Assembly: GCA_022703055.1 (NCBI GenBank) | Contig: JAKLEP010000001.1 | Coordinates: 410,850-474,849, forward strand | DNA length: 64,000 bases | Direction: 5' to 3' | DNA from: Candidatus Omnitrophota bacterium | GTDB lineage: Bacteria > Omnitrophota > Gorgyraeia > VGKH01 | Part shown: positions 61,711-64,000 of the stretch, in pieces | Numbering within the stretch: position 1 is the stretch's first letter | Layout: each line of letters starts with the position of its first letter | Notes under the pieces: generated by a model | Seen by the model: only the letters and a program-made list of their open reading frames with translations | What the model was told of the DNA's origin: nothing | Database searches by the model: none | Program-made: the position numbers and the translations under genes

Positions 61711-61741
61711 AATGGTTTAACTAAATTTAAATTCGTAAATT

Positions 61742-64000
61742 ATGGAAAAAGAAGCAAAAGCAAGAATAAAAATTAATAAACTTCTAGAAGAGTCTGGTTG
61801 GCGTTTTTTTGATACGCCAGAGGGCAAAGCCAATGTAAAACTTGAGAGCAACGTAAGGCTTGAAGACCTAGGCGAAAACTTCGAAAAAACTACGCAGGGA
61901 TTTATTGATTACCTTTTATTAGATGAAAGTAGTTTTCCTATTTGTGTTCTTGAGGCAAAATCAGAGGAAAAGGATCCATTAATTGGTAAAGAAAAAGCTA
62001 GGAGATATGCTAATTCACAGAATGTTCGCTATATTATCTTATCAAATGGCAATATTCATTATTTTTGGGATAAGCAATTAGGCAACCCGACAAGAATTTC
62101 ACGCTTTCCGCCATTACAGAGTTTTAAAAGTCACAAGAATTTCTTGCCAGACACAAATAAGTTAATCCAAGAACAAGTAAACGATGATTACGTTGTGCTT
62201 ACACAGAATCCACTGTATAAGCAGGATCCTCGGTGGAAAGATGAAGCTCAACGTGAAGCTTTTATTAAAGAAACTGGGCTTAAATTTTTGCGGGCTTATC
62301 AATTAAGGGCAGTACAAACTATTCAAAGCGCAGTCTCAAAAGGAAAAAATAGATTTTTGTTTGAGATGGCAACTGGTACTGGGAAGACTCTAGTTGCCGG
62401 TGCAATCATTAAACTTTACCTTAAAACTAATAATGCCCGTAGAGTACTTTTTTTAGTAGATCGTCTTGAACTCGAGACTCAGGCACTGAAAGCATTCAAA
62501 GACTATCTTAAGCCAGATTATTTTACAGTAATTTTCAAGGAAAATAGAGACGATTGGCAAAAGGCAGATATTGTTATTACCACTGTCCAGAGCATCTCAC
62601 ACGATAATAAATATCTTAAGCTTTTCTCGCCAACCGACTTTGATTTAGTCATCTCAGATGAAGCCCATAGGTCAATTTCAGGAAATAGCCGCCTCATCTT
62701 TGAATATTTTATCAGTGCAAAACTAGGCCTTACCGCGACTCCGAAGGATTATTTAAAAAATATTGATGAAAAAAAGCTAGCCGCAACCGATCCTCGGGAA
62801 TTAGAAAAACGTATCTTATTTTCTACCTACAAAACTTTTGGCTGTGAAAGTGGAGTTCCTACGTTTAGATATACCTTACCAGATGGTGTAAAAGATGGCT
62901 ATTTAGTTAATCCAAAAGCAATCGACTGCCGAACCGAAATAACAACACAGCTTCTTTCAGATAAAGGATATGCCGTTCAAGTACAAACCGAGGAAGGTCA
63001 AGAAGATGAAATAATTTATAAACAAAAAGATTTTGAGCGAAACTTTTTTTCAGAAAAGACCAATATAGAATTCGTGAAGACATTTATGGAAAATGCAGCA
63101 AAAGATCCTATCTCTGGTGAAATTGGAAAAAGTATTGTGTTTTGCGTAAGCCGAAAACATGCATCTAAAATCACTGATATTCTTAACGACTTTGCACTTA
63201 AGATGTTCCCTGGGAAGTATAACTCTGATTTCGCAGTCCAGATAACTTCTGATATTGGTAAATCACAGCAGATGTCGATTAGTTTCGCCAATAATAACCT
63301 TAATGGTCATACTAGTTTTTTCCCAGGCTATAAATCCAGCAAAACCAGAGTCTGCGTAACTGTAGGGATGATGACAACAGGCTATGATTGTCTTGATATA
63401 CTTAATCTTTGTTTAATGCGGCCGATCTTTTCTCCAACCGACTTTGTTCAAATTAAAGGAAGAGGAACGCGAAAATTTACCTTTAGCTATAAAGAAAGGC
63501 AGTTTGATAAAGAAGAAGTAGTCGAGAAAGAAAAAGAAAATTTTAAACTTTTTGATTTCTTTGCTAATTGTGAATATTTTGAGGAGAAATATCCTTACGA
63601 TCAAGTTATTAAGTTGCCACCCACAAAGAAAGGAACCGGGGGAGACGGACCACCACCGCCTTCACCAGTTGTTACCGAAATAGATGTTCCGGATCCTCTT
63701 AAGATGATGGAAGTAATGTCTTTCGAAGGCGATATTATGCGCGTGGACCGTGAGCTTTATATGAATAAATTTGAATCAAAAGTAAAAGAAACCTATGAAA
63801 AAACTCCAGAATTTAAAGAAGCCGTTGATAGTGGTAATTACGAAGAAATGGAGCAGTTTATTAAAGCTCATGTTTTTAATAAGCCAAAGGAATATTTTAA
63901 TCTTGAAGCAATACGACAGGGATATCATGCAGACCGTCGCTTAGGACTTTGGGAAATTTTGGATAAAATTTTTGGGAAGATTCATCGTTTTAAGACTAAA
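61742..64000 (+). CDS. hsdR: Type I restriction enzyme R-subunit-like nuclease-helicase (HsdR/EcoEI-like), 3'-truncated by the window; absent from the ORF track
   Basis: I translated 753 uninterrupted codons from ATG 61742 to the window end. N-terminus EAKARIKINKLLEESGWRF. PD-(D/E)XK motif IDYLLLD...VLEAKSEE. SF2 motifs EMATGTGKT (I), ISDEAHRS (II), LGLTATP (III) and QIKGRGTR (VI). A Gly/Pro linker (GTGGDGPPPPSP) is followed by a helical C-terminal region. Confidence 0.85.
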   Translation, partial: MEKEAKARIKINKLLEESGWRFFDTPEGKANVKLESNVRLEDLGENFEKTTQGFIDYLLLDESSFPICVLEAKSEEKDPLIGKEKARRYANSQNVRYIILSNGNIHYFWDKQLGNPTRISRFPPLQSFKSHKNFLPDTNKLIQEQVNDDYVVLTQNPLYKQDPRWKDEAQREAFIKETGLKFLRAYQLRAVQTIQSAVSKGKNRFLFEMATGTGKTLVAGAIIKLYLKTNNARRVLFLVDRLELETQALKAFKDYLKPDYFTVIFKENRDDWQKADIVITTVQSISHDNKYLKLFSPTDFDLVISDEAHRSISGNSRLIFEYFISAKLGLTATPKDYLKNIDEKKLAATDPRELEKRILFSTYKTFGCESGVPTFRYTLPDGVKDGYLVNPKAIDCRTEITTQLLSDKGYAVQVQTEEGQEDEIIYKQKDFERNFFSEKTNIEFVKTFMENAAKDPISGEIGKSIVFCVSRKHASKITDILNDFALKMFPGKYNSDFAVQITSDIGKSQQMSISFANNNLNGHTSFFPGYKSSKTRVCVTVGMMTTGYDCLDILNLCLMRPIFSPTDFVQIKGRGTRKFTFSYKERQFDKEEVVEKEKENFKLFDFFANCEYFEEKYPYDQVIKLPPTKKGTGGDGPPPPSPVVTEIDVPDPLKMMEVMSFEGDIMRVDRELYMNKFESKVKETYEKTPEFKEAVDSGNYEEMEQFIKAHVFNKPKEYFNLEAIRQGYHADRRLGLWEILDKIFGKIHRFKTK

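Noticed and set aside
61638-61720. Mini-ORFs in the HsdR leader (MNPIKITDY at 61638-61667 including its stop codon; Met-Val-stop at 61712-61720)
   Set aside because: They are too short, have no independent RBS and have no counterpart in leader copy A. The Met-Val-stop looks like a remnant of the duplicated ATGGT start context and is covered under the leader-duplication finding.

Overview
This 64-kb window is a compact, AT-leaning bacterial chromosome segment with about 70 genes. All recognisable genes except rpmB lie on the + strand, and many overlap by a few nt, so operons are long. No rRNA, tRNA, CRISPR array, transposase or integrase was recognised.

Gene content in order:
- 1-19.4 kb: housekeeping genes (cdsA-dxr-rseP, ispG, proS, rimP-nusA-infB, trpS, scpA, ruvB, queH/queA/tgt, trmD-rplS-rnhB-yraN).
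- 19.5-27.2 kb: a Wood-Ljungdahl methyl-branch cluster (fhs-fchA-folD-DUF486-metF-FAD oxidoreductase-acsB). This points to an anaerobe with a reductive acetyl-CoA pathway. I cannot assign taxonomy from sequence alone.
- 27.3-37.3 kb: polA, glgA, coaE, rho, rpmE, prfA-prmC, murA.
- 37.3-50.1 kb: a trp operon (trpG-D-C-F ... trpB-A, no trpE). It is split by a 7.7-kb block at 40.4-48.1 kb. The block carries two radical-SAM enzymes, a pilin-like small protein, a Cas4-like nuclease, a PolB-like exonuclease, a hairpin-rich spacer, a promoter-to-terminator structured RNA, a CxxCxxCC protein, htpX, an M20 peptidase and DUF3108.
- 50.1-56.6 kb: an M16 peptidase, a CNNM transporter, a small zinc-ribbon CDS absent from the ORF track, rsfS, argS, recJ and rpmB.
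- 56.8-59.1 kb: an ECF sigma/anti-sigma/Spy-like envelope-stress module with two near-identical ECF promoters.
- 59.2-60.2 kb: a pyruvate kinase lacking its C-terminal domain.
- 60.2-64.0 kb: an accessory, defence-like island. It holds an ORF6N protein, a GIY-YIG gene bracketed by perfect inverted repeats, a small membrane protein and a 753-codon HsdR-like nuclease-helicase ORF that runs off the window and is absent from the ORF track.

The most interesting unexplained signals are the structured RNA at 44.33-44.51 kb, the duplicated promoter/leader-hairpin module in the island, and the IR-bracketed GIY-YIG cassette.
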